DNA of 41,830 nt from a virus. Each line of letters begins with the position of its first letter. Position 1 is the stretch's first letter. The stretch lies in IMG/VR virus record IMGVR_UViG_3300045988_035073, positions 1 to 41,830 of that record. One strand, given 5' to 3'. Position numbers and translations under genes: made by a program. The notes under the pieces are model-generated. The model was not told the origin of the DNA and searched no databases. It saw only the letters and a list, made by a program, of their open reading frames with translations. Below are positions 6,742 to 16,197 of the stretch, one piece after another.

Positions 6742-8097
6742 GTGGCGGTCGGTGAAAACGAGCAAGCGCGCATTGAGTTCGTCCGCAGCACGATCAATGA
6801 GCACCGCGAGAGCACGGCGTATAAAACGGCGGTGGATGCGGAGGAATATTACAACGGATTGAATCCAACCATTAACCGCTACGAAAAGATCATCTACGAT
6901 ATGCAGGGGCGCAGCCACACGGATATGTGGACGGCAAACCATAAGCTGGCCAGCCGCTTCTTCGGTCTGGCGGTGGATCAGGAGATTTCCTATCTTCTGG
7001 GTAATGGCGTGACTTTTGCGGAGAAGGAAACGCCAAACAAGCTATGCCCGGACTTCGACCAGGAAGTCATGGATGCGGCGCGTGAAGCGAAAATCGCGGG
7101 CGTTTCGTTTGGCTTTTGGGATTTGACGCATTTGCGGGTATTTTCTCTGTTGGAGTTTGTGCCGCTTTACGATGAGGAAGACGGCGCAATGAAGGCCGGT
7201 ATCCGGTTCTGGCAGGTGGCGCAGGATAAGCCCCTGAGAGCGACATTATACGAGCTGGACGGGTTCACCGAGTATTTCCAGCCGAAAAACAAAGATATGA
7301 GCGTATTGCAGGAGAAGCGCAGCTACAAGCTCGTTATCCGCAAGGCCGAAGTTGGCGAAACCGAAATCTATGACGGCGGGAACTATCCGAGTTTCCCCAT
7401 CGTGCCGCTGAAAAACAACAAGCGGTGCCTCTCCGAGATCGTCGGCAAGCGCAACACCATTGACGCGCTGGATCTTGCGTCCTCTAACATGGTCAACAAC
7501 GTGGACGAGGGCAATCTGATCTATTGGGTGCTGTCCAACTGCAACGGCATGGACGATCTTGACGACGCGAAATTTGTGGAGCGCTTGAAAACCACGCACG
7601 TTGCCCACGCCAACGGCGACGACGGCGCGAAGGTGGAGAGCAAGACCATAGAGGCGCCGTATGAGGGCACAAGCAGCACCATTGATATGCTCAAGAAAAA
7701 GCTGTACGAGGATTTCCAGTGCTTTGACGCTGCGGCGGTATCTGCAGGGAACCAGACGGCGACCGCGATCAAGGCAAGCTATGCGCCGCTGGATCTGAAA
7801 ACGGACAAGTTTGAATCCGAGGTCACGCGGTTTATCGTGGAAATCCTGCGTCTGGCAGGCATTGAGGATCAGCCGAGTTACACGCGTAATCAAATTATCA
7901 ACAAGAGCGAGGAAACGCAAAATATTCTGCTGGGCGCAGCGTATTACGATGACGAGTACATCACAAAGAAGCTGTTGACGATCAACGGTGACATTGACCA
8001 GTACGAGGACATGGCAAAGCGGAAGGCTGCAGAAGAGATTGACCGGAGCTTTGAAGATCCAAACGCGCCGGGGGTGAACGGCGATGGCGACCAGTGA
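6742..8097 (+). CDS. Portal protein (SPP1 gp6-like)
   Basis: 451 aa, directly after terL and before the MuF-like gene; GTG start as in the ORF track. Confidence 0.85.
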   Translation: MAVGENEQARIEFVRSTINEHRESTAYKTAVDAEEYYNGLNPTINRYEKIIYDMQGRSHTDMWTANHKLASRFFGLAVDQEISYLLGNGVTFAEKETPNKLCPDFDQEVMDAAREAKIAGVSFGFWDLTHLRVFSLLEFVPLYDEEDGAMKAGIRFWQVAQDKPLRATLYELDGFTEYFQPKNKDMSVLQEKRSYKLVIRKAEVGETEIYDGGNYPSFPIVPLKNNKRCLSEIVGKRNTIDALDLASSNMVNNVDEGNLIYWVLSNCNGMDDLDDAKFVERLKTTHVAHANGDDGAKVESKTIEAPYEGTSSTIDMLKKKLYEDFQCFDAAAVSAGNQTATAIKASYAPLDLKTDKFESEVTRFIVEILRLAGIEDQPSYTRNQIINKSEETQNILLGAAYYDDEYITKKLLTINGDIDQYEDMAKRKAAEEIDRSFEDPNAPGVNGDGDQ

Positions 8098-9565
8098 TCT
8101 CGGCCACAAGCTGACCGACAAGGAGCTTGCAAAGCTAGAACGGCGTATTGCAAGGCTGTACCGTGAGGCTGGGGAAGAGCTGCAAGCGACCATCGACGCA
8201 TATTTTGAGCAATTCAAAAAGCGCGACGAGGAAATGAAAGCTCTGATCGGCACCGTGCAGAACGGTAAGGAATGGACGGAGGCCGACTATAAGCAATGGC
8301 GGCTGAACCAGATCGGGCGCGGCGAACGCTATCAGGCCATGCGTGATAAGGTGGCGCACCGCGTGACCGACGCAAACGCTGTGGCGGTGTCCTACACCAA
8401 CGATGCAACGCCTGGTATCTACTCCCTCAACCGCAACTATTCGGCCTATACCATCGAACAGGCCGCGGGAAACGTCGGCTTTGACCTGTGGGACGAGCAG
8501 ACGGTCAAGCGGCTCATGGTAGAGCAGCCGGATTTAATGCCATATTACCCGCCGAAACGCGCCTTAAAGCGCGGTATTGACCTCGCATATGGTAAGAAGC
8601 AAATCACGGCAAGCGTGACAAGCTCCATCTTGCAGGGCAAGAGCATCAAGCACATGGCGGATGACCTGCAAAAGCGCGTTACCACCATGAGCCGAGACAG
8701 CGCCATCCGCACCGCTAGAACCGCCGTGACCGGCGCGCAGAACGCAGGACGCATGGACAGCTATGCGGCGGCGGAGAAGATGGGAGTAAAGCTTAAAAAA
8801 GAATGGTTGGCCACGCTGGACGCGCGTACACGCCACTCTCATGCCATGCTTGACGGCGAACAAGTGGTGCAGGACAAGAAATTTTCCAATGGCTGCCGCT
8901 TCCCCGGAGACCCACAAGGGCCACCGTGGGAGATATATAACTGCCGCTGTACGCTGGTTGCGGCGGTGGACGGGGTATATACATCAGACGGGCTGCGTAG
9001 GACACGCGACGGGCCTATATCTGACATGACATATGCTCAGTGGGAAGCATCGAAGCAGGGATACAGCGGCAGACAGTTATCCCCATATCACATGGGGAGC
9101 GAAACATCTGTAAAGGATGTTACGAAGAAATACATAGATTCCGCCAAGCCACGCATGGGTAAGGTACGATACGAAAACGGCTATCGCGCAAAAGGCCATG
9201 AAACTGAAATTGAAGCTGCGAATCAACTGCACAATCAGTTTGGCGGAAAGATCGTGCTGTTGAAAGAAGCAAATGCGCAGGGGATAAAAACGCCGGACTA
9301 CCTGTGGCGCGGTAAACAGTGGGAATTGAAAAGTATATCAACAGCGAAAGCGGCAGATATGGCGATTCGAAAAGCCACAAAGCAAATTGCAAAAACTCCT
9401 GGAGGGGTTGTGTTACAGTGCACAGGATCCATCGATACCGATGAGCTTATACGCGTTGTAGATGATAGAGCAGTTCGAAGCGTGGTTAGCACTGGGTTCG
9501 GGTTTGATGTGATTGCATTGGAAGAGAACGGATCTCTCCTATTTGCACGAAGGTATAAAAAATGA
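8084..9565 (+). CDS. Head morphogenesis protein (MuF/SPP1 gp7) fused to a C-terminal PD-(D/E)XK-like putative nuclease toxin domain
   Basis: MuF motif WLATLDARTRHSHAMLDG...PGDPQGPPWEIYNCRCT; C-terminal ~160 aa has E..(PD)YLWRGKQW(ELK)S; the C-terminal DNA is visibly less GC-rich. Confidence 0.75.
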   Translation: MATSDLGHKLTDKELAKLERRIARLYREAGEELQATIDAYFEQFKKRDEEMKALIGTVQNGKEWTEADYKQWRLNQIGRGERYQAMRDKVAHRVTDANAVAVSYTNDATPGIYSLNRNYSAYTIEQAAGNVGFDLWDEQTVKRLMVEQPDLMPYYPPKRALKRGIDLAYGKKQITASVTSSILQGKSIKHMADDLQKRVTTMSRDSAIRTARTAVTGAQNAGRMDSYAAAEKMGVKLKKEWLATLDARTRHSHAMLDGEQVVQDKKFSNGCRFPGDPQGPPWEIYNCRCTLVAAVDGVYTSDGLRRTRDGPISDMTYAQWEASKQGYSGRQLSPYHMGSETSVKDVTKKYIDSAKPRMGKVRYENGYRAKGHETEIEAANQLHNQFGGKIVLLKEANAQGIKTPDYLWRGKQWELKSISTAKAADMAIRKATKQIAKTPGGVVLQCTGSIDTDELIRVVDDRAVRSVVSTGFGFDVIALEENGSLLFARRYKK

Positions 9566-9675
9566 GCCGCCCCCCCTCCAGTAACGGGAAGAGGTTCGGC
9601 TCGAAAAACGGAAACATGAGTTTCCTCACTGTCAGTATATGCAATTCCCGAAAAAAAGTCAAGAGGGATTTTGTG

Positions 9676-10080
9676 ATGAACGTTGAAATCACCGACAACA
9701 GCAAAGAGGTTTCTGGCGCCATCCATGCGGCGCTTCTGCGGGGGCTGGAAAAGTGCGGGCTTGTGGCAGAGGGATATGCGAAAAAGATGTGCCCCGTTGA
9801 CACCGGCAATCTGCGCAACAGCATCACCCATGTGGTAGACGAACAGGAACCGGCGGTAATCATCGGCACGGATTCCGAGTACGGCGGGTACGTTGAATTA
9901 GGCACGGGCATTTACGCCGAAGGCGGCGGCGGACGGCCTACACCGCGGGTGTATCAGGACGCAAAGGGAAATTGGCATTACACGCGTGGCAACAAGGCAC
10001 AGCCGTTTTTGAAACCAGCTGCCGCCGACCATGCGGGACAGTATCGGGACATTCTGGAAAGCGAGCTGAAAAATGGCTAA
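9676..10080 (+). CDS. HK97 gp10-family head-tail joining protein
   Basis: AAGAGGGA RBS then ATG 9676; motifs CPVDTGNLRNSI, YGGYVELGTG, QPFLKPA. Confidence 0.75.
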   Translation: MNVEITDNSKEVSGAIHAALLRGLEKCGLVAEGYAKKMCPVDTGNLRNSITHVVDEQEPAVIIGTDSEYGGYVELGTGIYAEGGGGRPTPRVYQDAKGNWHYTRGNKAQPFLKPAAADHAGQYRDILESELKNG

Positions 10081-10175
10081 GGACTTTATCGAGTAGATAA
10101 AACCCGCGAAGTACAGCGGTTTTATACAATCTATCGCCGCGACGAACTGCGGACAAGGGAAAGGAAGATAGAACA

Positions 10176-10781
10176 ATGGCACTTACACGCAAACTTTTGA
10201 AGGGCATGGGTCTCACCGACGAACAGGTGGATACCATCATCGAGGCACATACCGACACCGTGGACGGCTTGAAAGCTGATGTCAGCAAGTATAAGGCGGA
10301 TGCGGAGAAGCTGCCCGGCGTCCAGAAGCAGTTGGACGACCTCAAGGCAGCGGGTGACGGCGGTTACAAGGAGAAGTACGAGAAGGAACACTCGGCCTTT
10401 GAAGCCTTTAAGACCGACATCACGGCAAAGGAGAGCAAGGCGGCAAAGGAAAAGGCTGTGCGTGCTTACTTTGAGAGCAAAAACATCACCGGCGCGAATC
10501 TCGATCTTGCGATGCGCGGCTGCGGCGAGGAAATGGCCGCATTGGAGATGGACGGCGAAAAAATCAAGGACACCAAGAGCCTTGATGCGCTCGTAGACGG
10601 CACCTATAAGGGGCTGGTTTCCACCACGCAGACGCACGGCGCGAATCCCGCCACTCCCCCGGCGAATACTGGCGGCGGCGCAATGACTAAAGACCAGATC
10701 ATGCAGATCAAGGACAGGGCGGAGCGCCGCGCGGCGATCGCTGCAAACATCAATCTTTTTGAAAATAAGAACGGAGGCTAA
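10176..10781 (+). CDS. Scaffolding protein (Phage_GP20-like)
   Basis: LKGMGLTDEQVDTIIEAHTDTVDGLK..., coiled-coil, immediately upstream of the capsid gene. Confidence 0.8.
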   Translation: MALTRKLLKGMGLTDEQVDTIIEAHTDTVDGLKADVSKYKADAEKLPGVQKQLDDLKAAGDGGYKEKYEKEHSAFEAFKTDITAKESKAAKEKAVRAYFESKNITGANLDLAMRGCGEEMAALEMDGEKIKDTKSLDALVDGTYKGLVSTTQTHGANPATPPANTGGGAMTKDQIMQIKDRAERRAAIAANINLFENKNGG

Positions 10782-10783
10782 TT

Positions 10784-11923
10784 ATGGCTGCTGAAACCAA
10801 TCTGATCAAGAAAAATGACCTCGCCCGCGTGCGCGAGATCGAATTTACCGAAATGTTCGGTTACTCCATCAAGAAACTGATGGAGGCCCTGGGCGTCACC
10901 CGGAAGATCGCAAAGCAGGCCGGTACTGTGCTCAAGAGCTACAAGGCGACCGGCACGCTCGAGAGCGGCGTTGTGGCCGAGGGTGACACCATCCCCCTCT
11001 CCCACTACAAGACCGAGGCTGTGAACTACAAGGAGATCACGCTCAAGAAGTGGCGCAAGGCCACATCTGCCGAGGCGATCACCGATCGCGGCTACGATCA
11101 GGCGGTGGAGATGACTACCGACGAAATGCTCAAGGATGTGCAGAAGGGCATCCGCAAGAGCTTCTTTGACTTCCTCTCGACCGGCACCGGCGCGGTGAGC
11201 GGGAAGAACTTCCAGACTGTTCTCGCGCAGGCTTGGGGCAATCTGCAGGTCCTTTTCGAGGACGACGAGATCGGCGCGGTCTACTTCATGAATCCGCTGG
11301 ACGTTGCGGATTACCTGTCTACGGCCAACATCACTGTGCAGACCGCGTTCGGCATGAGCTACGTCGAGAACTTCCTTGGCCTCGGCACGCTCATCATGAA
11401 CGCCAGCGTCCCCAAGGGCAAGATCTACGCTACGGCGAAGGACAACATCGTCCTCTACTACATCCCCGTCAACGGCGCGGATCTGCAGGAGGTATTTACC
11501 TTTACCACCGACGCGACCGGCTACATCGGCATCCACGAAGAGCCCGACTATACCAATATGACGGCCTCCGACACCGTTATCAACGGCATGGAGCTGTTTG
11601 CCGAGCGGATCGACGGCGTTGTGGTTGGCACCATCGACAGCGGCACCCTGGGCGCTCTGACGGTGACTTCTGCCGCTGGCACCAAGAGCGGTGATACCAA
11701 GCTGACCGTTTCCCCCGCTAAGGCTGCTGCGGGCAACAAGTATAAGTACACGTCCGGCTCCTCTGCCGCGACCGTTGCTTACGGCGACAACGTCGCCGGT
11801 TGGAACGATTGGAACGGCAAGAGCGACCTGACCATTGCGACCGGCCAGACCGTGACCGTGGTCGAGTGCGACGGCAACTACCACGCGCTCAAGAGCGGCA
11901 GTGCAACCGTGACGGAGAAGTGA
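10784..11923 (+). CDS. Major capsid protein with C-terminal Ig-like decoration domain
   Basis: 379 aa after the scaffold gene; C-terminal ~90 aa is a beta-rich Ig-like segment (TVTSAAGTKSGDTKLTVSP...). Confidence 0.8.
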   Translation: MAAETNLIKKNDLARVREIEFTEMFGYSIKKLMEALGVTRKIAKQAGTVLKSYKATGTLESGVVAEGDTIPLSHYKTEAVNYKEITLKKWRKATSAEAITDRGYDQAVEMTTDEMLKDVQKGIRKSFFDFLSTGTGAVSGKNFQTVLAQAWGNLQVLFEDDEIGAVYFMNPLDVADYLSTANITVQTAFGMSYVENFLGLGTLIMNASVPKGKIYATAKDNIVLYYIPVNGADLQEVFTFTTDATGYIGIHEEPDYTNMTASDTVINGMELFAERIDGVVVGTIDSGTLGALTVTSAAGTKSGDTKLTVSPAKAAAGNKYKYTSGSSAATVAYGDNVAGWNDWNGKSDLTIATGQTVTVVECDGNYHALKSGSATVTEK

Positions 11924-11940
11924 GAATGGAGGGCGGCGTA

Positions 11941-12375
11941 ATGCTTGAAAACGTTTTGCAACACTTGAACAACTGGTTCCTTGTAGATGTCCACGAGGGC
12001 GAGTTTGTGGTGAGAAACGGCAGCATTACGCTGCCTTTTCTCCAAACCAACCAATATTTCCGGATCGTCGGTTCCGTTTTCAACGATGGCTTGCACCAGT
12101 ACCCGGTAGGGGATTTGGTGGATGAGACGTTTACAGGCTCTATTTGGGCGCTTGCCGTTCCTGGGGCGGTGGTGTCACTTTCTGGCGAAATCGAGGAATG
12201 GCAGGAGAAAAACGGAGCCATCGTCACAAGCCCATACACGTCGGAATCGTTTGGCGGGTATAGCTATACCAAAGCCAGCGGGGGGAAGGCGGATACCAGC
12301 GCTGTTACTGGCTGGCAGGACGCTTTCCGAGGCCGATTAAATTCCTGGCGGAAAATCAAGGGGGTGGAACCGTGA
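11941..12375 (+). CDS. Head-tail connector/adaptor (assigned by position)
   Basis: GGAGGG RBS 7 nt before ATG 11941; alternative start 11926. Confidence 0.55.
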   Translation: MLENVLQHLNNWFLVDVHEGEFVVRNGSITLPFLQTNQYFRIVGSVFNDGLHQYPVGDLVDETFTGSIWALAVPGAVVSLSGEIEEWQEKNGAIVTSPYTSESFGGYSYTKASGGKADTSAVTGWQDAFRGRLNSWRKIKGVEP

Positions 12376-12731
12376 GTTTACTGGACGATTTTGCCCACAA
12401 GTGCATTTTGATGGAGAAAAAGCGCACGCCTGACGGCGCGGGCGGCTACATCACCGCATGGGAAGAGGGCGCGGAGTTCCTCAATTACCAGTCTCTTGAC
12501 ACATCTATGGAGGCGCGCAAGGCGGAAAAGGACGGTGTGACCTCGGTATATTCCGCGCTGGTCAATCAGAGCGTTCCCATCGAGTATAACGATTATTTCC
12601 GCGATACGGAAACGGGGATTACCTATCGCGTGACCTCAAATCCCGAGGAAAAAAACGCACCGAGGTCTGCTGGCGCAATCATTAAGGCCCTGAAATTTTT
12701 CACCGCGGAGCGAAAGGAGCTGCCGAAATGA
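12372..12731 (+). CDS. Head closure / head-tail adaptor protein (assigned by position)
   Basis: GTG start overlapping the upstream stop; size and position in the connector block. Confidence 0.55.
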   Translation: MSLLDDFAHKCILMEKKRTPDGAGGYITAWEEGAEFLNYQSLDTSMEARKAEKDGVTSVYSALVNQSVPIEYNDYFRDTETGITYRVTSNPEEKNAPRSAGAIIKALKFFTAERKELPK

Positions 12732-13096
12732 CAAAGGACAAGGCGCTCCATGCGTGGTTTTCTCAATTCCTCCCGGCGTATCCGACCTCCAACGTGCCGA
12801 AGGACGCGACCTTCCCGTGGCTGACCTATGAGCTTATCACAGGATCATGGGAGAGCGGCGAGATCGCGCTGACGGTCAACCTCTGGGATTACACCGAGAG
12901 CGAGGCCGTACCGAACGCTAAGGCGCAGGAGATCTCCGACGCAATCGGCATGGGCGGCTGTATGGTCGCCTATGACGGCGGCGCTATGTGGATCAAGCGC
13001 GGGTCCCCGTGGTGTCAGAATATCGCGGACGAAAGCGATAAAAACATCAAGCGGCGGTATCTCAACATCACGGTTGAGTTCCTGTCGCAAAACTGA
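12728..13096 (+). CDS. Tail completion/terminator-like protein (assigned by position)
   Basis: ATGA coupling; precedes the major tail gene. Confidence 0.55.
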   Translation: MTKDKALHAWFSQFLPAYPTSNVPKDATFPWLTYELITGSWESGEIALTVNLWDYTESEAVPNAKAQEISDAIGMGGCMVAYDGGAMWIKRGSPWCQNIADESDKNIKRRYLNITVEFLSQN

Positions 13097-13111
13097 TGAA
13101 AGGACAACGAC

Positions 13112-13699
13112 ATGAAATTTACCAAGATTCCTTCTGATGCGTTTCAGAAGCTGCAGATTAACGCTGGTATCCTGACGACCGATTTCACACCGGCTACCGG
13201 CACCATCGGCGAGGCGGGGCAGATCGGCGCAACGACCGGCGGCGTCAACTTTACCGCCACGCCGACCTATTCGGACTTTGGCGAGGATATCGACAACTGC
13301 CCCAAGAACATGAAGGAGCTGAAAAAGCTCGATTCGTGGGAGGTCAAGATGACCGGCACGTTTGTCAATGCCGATACCGCCATTGCAAAGCGGCTGTGCG
13401 GCGCGGCTGACATCGGGACGACCGACACGACCAAGGTCACGCCGCGCAACGACCTCAAGGACGCAGACTTTGACGATATCTGGCTCGTGGGCGATTATTC
13501 CGACAAGAACGGCGAAACCAACGGCGGCTTTATCGCCATCAAGCTGCTCAACGCGCTTTCCACGGGCGGCTTCCAGCTTCAGACGAGCGACAAGGCCAAG
13601 GGCCAGTTTGCGTTTGAGTTTACCGGGCACTACTCCATGAGCGCGCAGGACACCGTTCCTTTTGAAATTTACATCAAGGCCGGCACGGCGGAGGCGTAA
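13112..13699 (+). CDS. Major tail (tube) protein
   Basis: 195 aa, RBS-preceded, directly upstream of the chaperone pair and tape measure. Confidence 0.75.
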   Translation: MKFTKIPSDAFQKLQINAGILTTDFTPATGTIGEAGQIGATTGGVNFTATPTYSDFGEDIDNCPKNMKELKKLDSWEVKMTGTFVNADTAIAKRLCGAADIGTTDTTKVTPRNDLKDADFDDIWLVGDYSDKNGETNGGFIAIKLLNALSTGGFQLQTSDKAKGQFAFEFTGHYSMSAQDTVPFEIYIKAGTAEA

Positions 13700-14095
13700 A
13701 TGAGACTTTCCGACATTCAGGGCGAGCGCGTCTTTGACGTCATCGCGGATATCATCGACCCGATTGCCAACATTGCGGAGGATGATGCGGCATCCGCGCT
13801 GTTTAAGCGCGAGAAACTGCCGGATGGCATGACGGTGAAGCAGTTTGCGACGCAGAGGGCGCGAAAAGCGCTCCCTGCGCTGCTCAAGGGCCACAAAGGC
13901 GACATCATCGCCATTCTTGCCTCTATTGAGGGCGTGAGCGCGGAGAGCTACAAGGGCGCGCTGAACCTCGTCAAGCTGATGCGAGACGCAACGGAACTTT
14001 TGAACGATGAAGCATTCGGCGCGCTTTTTCTCTCAGCGCAGAGCGGGAAATCCTCTGGCTCTGCGCAGGAGAATACCGAGGGCAAAGGCGAGTAA
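13700..14095 (+). CDS. Tail assembly chaperone (gpG-like)
   Basis: Position between tube and tape measure; acidic C-terminus. Confidence 0.7.
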   Translation: MRLSDIQGERVFDVIADIIDPIANIAEDDAASALFKREKLPDGMTVKQFATQRARKALPALLKGHKGDIIAILASIEGVSAESYKGALNLVKLMRDATELLNDEAFGALFLSAQSGKSSGSAQENTEGKGE

Positions 14096-14115
14096 GGCCG
14101 TTCCTGCGGTACTGT

Positions 14116-14343
14116 GTGGCGCGGCTCAATGAGAGAGCGAAAACCGAGGCGTACCGCATCTATGTGACCGACGCGCTGCGCATTGTAGCCGAAAACACGG
14201 CGCGATATGCGAGTGGAAACTACATCAAGGCGCGATACGCGGATATTATTGAGCCGAAAAAGCAGGACAACAGAACGTGCGAAGAGATTACCGCCGATGT
14301 AGTCGCGCGGTGCGGATTGGTGGTGAAACATGAATCTACTTGA
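14116..14343 (+). CDS. Tail assembly chaperone extension (gpT-like; possibly a -1 frameshift product of 13700..14095, or a stand-alone GTG-start ORF)
   Basis: Lies in the -1 frame relative to 13700..14095; that frame is open from 14011. Confidence 0.5.
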   Translation: MARLNERAKTEAYRIYVTDALRIVAENTARYASGNYIKARYADIIEPKKQDNRTCEEITADVVARCGLVVKHEST

Positions 14344-15829
14344 TTTATTTGTCAAAATCAGCGTAGACACGAGCGAAGTAGATAAAAACCTTGGGGATAC
14401 CAAAGAAAAGGCATTGAGCTTTGGCGATGTGCTGAAAGCGAATATTGCGGGGCAAGCCATTGTTGCTGGCGTGAAAGCTGTTGCAGGTGCGGTAAAAAAC
14501 ATCGGAGAAGCAGCAATCCAAAGCTACGGTGAGTATGAGCAGCTGGTCGGCGGCGTGGAAACGCTTTTCAAGTCTTCTGCCGATACCGTGATGCAGTACG
14601 CCGCAAACGCATACCAGACGGCAGGCATGAGTGCGAATGAGTACATGACCACCGTGACGGCGTTTTCCGCATCGCTGCTGCAATCGATGGGCGGCGACAC
14701 GGACGCGGCAGCGGAAAAGGCAAATCTCGCCATTACCGACATGAGCGACAACGCGAACAAGATGGGTTCCAGCATGGAATCTATCCAGAATGCGTATTCC
14801 GGCTTCGCCAAGCAAAACTATACCATGCTCGATAACCTCAAGCTCGGCTATGGCGGCACGAAGGAGGAAATGCAGCGGCTTTTGGACGATGCGAACGCCT
14901 TAAACGCCGCGCAAGGCAATTACACCGACTACACCATCGACAGCTACGCGGACATCGTTGACGCTATCCATACCGTGCAGACGGAAATGGGCATCACGGG
15001 AACAACGCAGCTGGAAGCCAGCACGACGATCCAAGGATCTATCGCGTCGATGAAAGCGGCGTATGACAACTTTATCACGGGACTTGGCGATGAAAACGCC
15101 GACATGGCGGAACTCATTACAAACCTTTTGGGCAGCACCGTGACGGTGGCGGAAAATCTTTTGCCGGTCGTTGAGAGAATCCTTGAAAACATCGGCGTTG
15201 TGGTGCAGGAAAAAGGCCCTGAAATGATTGAGAAATTTGTCGGCTATGCCGTCGAAAAACTGCCGCAGGTCATTGAGCTGGGCATGAAGATGGTGTTGGC
15301 GATCGTCAGCGGCCTTGCCAAAAATTTTCCGCAGATCGTTCGGTCGGTGCTTGACATGATGGCGACCATTGTAAAGACCTTCGTTTCCTCGCTCCCCAAT
15401 ATCGTAAATGTCGGCAAACAGATCGTGAAGGGCTTGTGGGAAGGCATCAAGGCAATGGGCAGCTGGATCAAGGAAAAAGTCGGCAGCTTTTTCTCCGGAA
15501 TTGTTTCAGGCGTAAAGAGCAAGCTTGGGATTCATTCCCCGTCTCGAGTATTTGCAGGGATCGGCGAGAATATGGCGCTGGGCCTTGGCGAGGGCTGGGA
15601 GAACGAATACGGCGACATCAAGCGGAATATTACGAGCAACCTCGACTTTGGGACGGCAAGCATCGGCACGGAACGGTCTGTTTTTGGGAAATTGCAGGGC
15701 GCAATCTCTTCTTTCGGAGGCATGGGCGGCGATATCAACATCGTTGTGCAGTCTGTGCTTGACGGGAAGGTGATCGGCGAGACGGCTTATAAATACAACC
15801 GCCAAATGCAGCGGGCGATGGGGGTGTGA
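14330..15829 (+). CDS. Tape measure protein
   Basis: 499 aa, helical; conserved TMP-type core ...NYTMLDNLKLGYGGTKEEMQRLL... Confidence 0.85.
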   Translation: MNLLDLFVKISVDTSEVDKNLGDTKEKALSFGDVLKANIAGQAIVAGVKAVAGAVKNIGEAAIQSYGEYEQLVGGVETLFKSSADTVMQYAANAYQTAGMSANEYMTTVTAFSASLLQSMGGDTDAAAEKANLAITDMSDNANKMGSSMESIQNAYSGFAKQNYTMLDNLKLGYGGTKEEMQRLLDDANALNAAQGNYTDYTIDSYADIVDAIHTVQTEMGITGTTQLEASTTIQGSIASMKAAYDNFITGLGDENADMAELITNLLGSTVTVAENLLPVVERILENIGVVVQEKGPEMIEKFVGYAVEKLPQVIELGMKMVLAIVSGLAKNFPQIVRSVLDMMATIVKTFVSSLPNIVNVGKQIVKGLWEGIKAMGSWIKEKVGSFFSGIVSGVKSKLGIHSPSRVFAGIGENMALGLGEGWENEYGDIKRNITSNLDFGTASIGTERSVFGKLQGAISSFGGMGGDINIVVQSVLDGKVIGETAYKYNRQMQRAMGV

Positions 15830-16197
15830 GCATGAATGTGACTTTCCAAATTGGCTCGCTTGATTTAAGCAAGCGCCTTTCTACCTATGCGGTGCAGATG
15901 GAAGTTTCCTATGGCAGAGTGCTGAAAACGATGGATGGGGTGGAACACGCAGTGCGGAGCCCGGACCGGGCCATTGTTTCCACGAGTTTTTTCCCCATGA
16001 CGGACGCAGAGGCGGAGGCGCTGTATGGCGCATTAAACAGCAGCGCCGTCACCGTGAAATTCAGCAATCCGTATACAAAGTCCGTAGAAACCCGAACTAT
16101 GCGGGTGGTAAGTAACCTGGACGCCGCTTTTGCGCTGAAATCCATAGACGGTAACGTGCGCTATAAAGGCGGCACGATCCAACTGAGGGCAAGATAA
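15826..16197 (+). CDS. Tail component (small, distal-tail position)
   Basis: Coupled to the TMP stop; position. Confidence 0.55.
   Translation: MSMNVTFQIGSLDLSKRLSTYAVQMEVSYGRVLKTMDGVEHAVRSPDRAIVSTSFFPMTDAEAEALYGALNSSAVTVKFSNPYTKSVETRTMRVVSNLDAAFALKSIDGNVRYKGGTIQLRAR

Noticed and set aside
7246-8253. 335-aa minus-strand ORF antisense to the portal/MuF genes. Similar long antisense ORFs occur at 10778..11884, 12845..13894, 21741..22589, 22586..23755 and 27255..28760.
   Set aside because: These are typical high-GC shadow ORFs. They are R/A/G/P/L-rich with low-complexity translations and no RBS, and each lies opposite a gene with clear family motifs and operon coupling.
9562-9675. The N-terminal extension of the ORF-track entry 9562..10080 as a small immunity protein for the MuF toxin domain.
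   Set aside because: It is in frame with, and continuous with, the HK97 gp10-like gene. The composition is basic and junk-like, and a good RBS precedes the internal ATG at 9676. It is treated as noncoding spacer.
10099-10123. A weak hairpin after the HK97 gp10-like gene (aaaacccgc...gcggtttt) as a terminator.
   Set aside because: There are only 4 G:C pairs plus A:U pairs and a bulge, and it lies inside a continuous structural operon. This is too weak to call.
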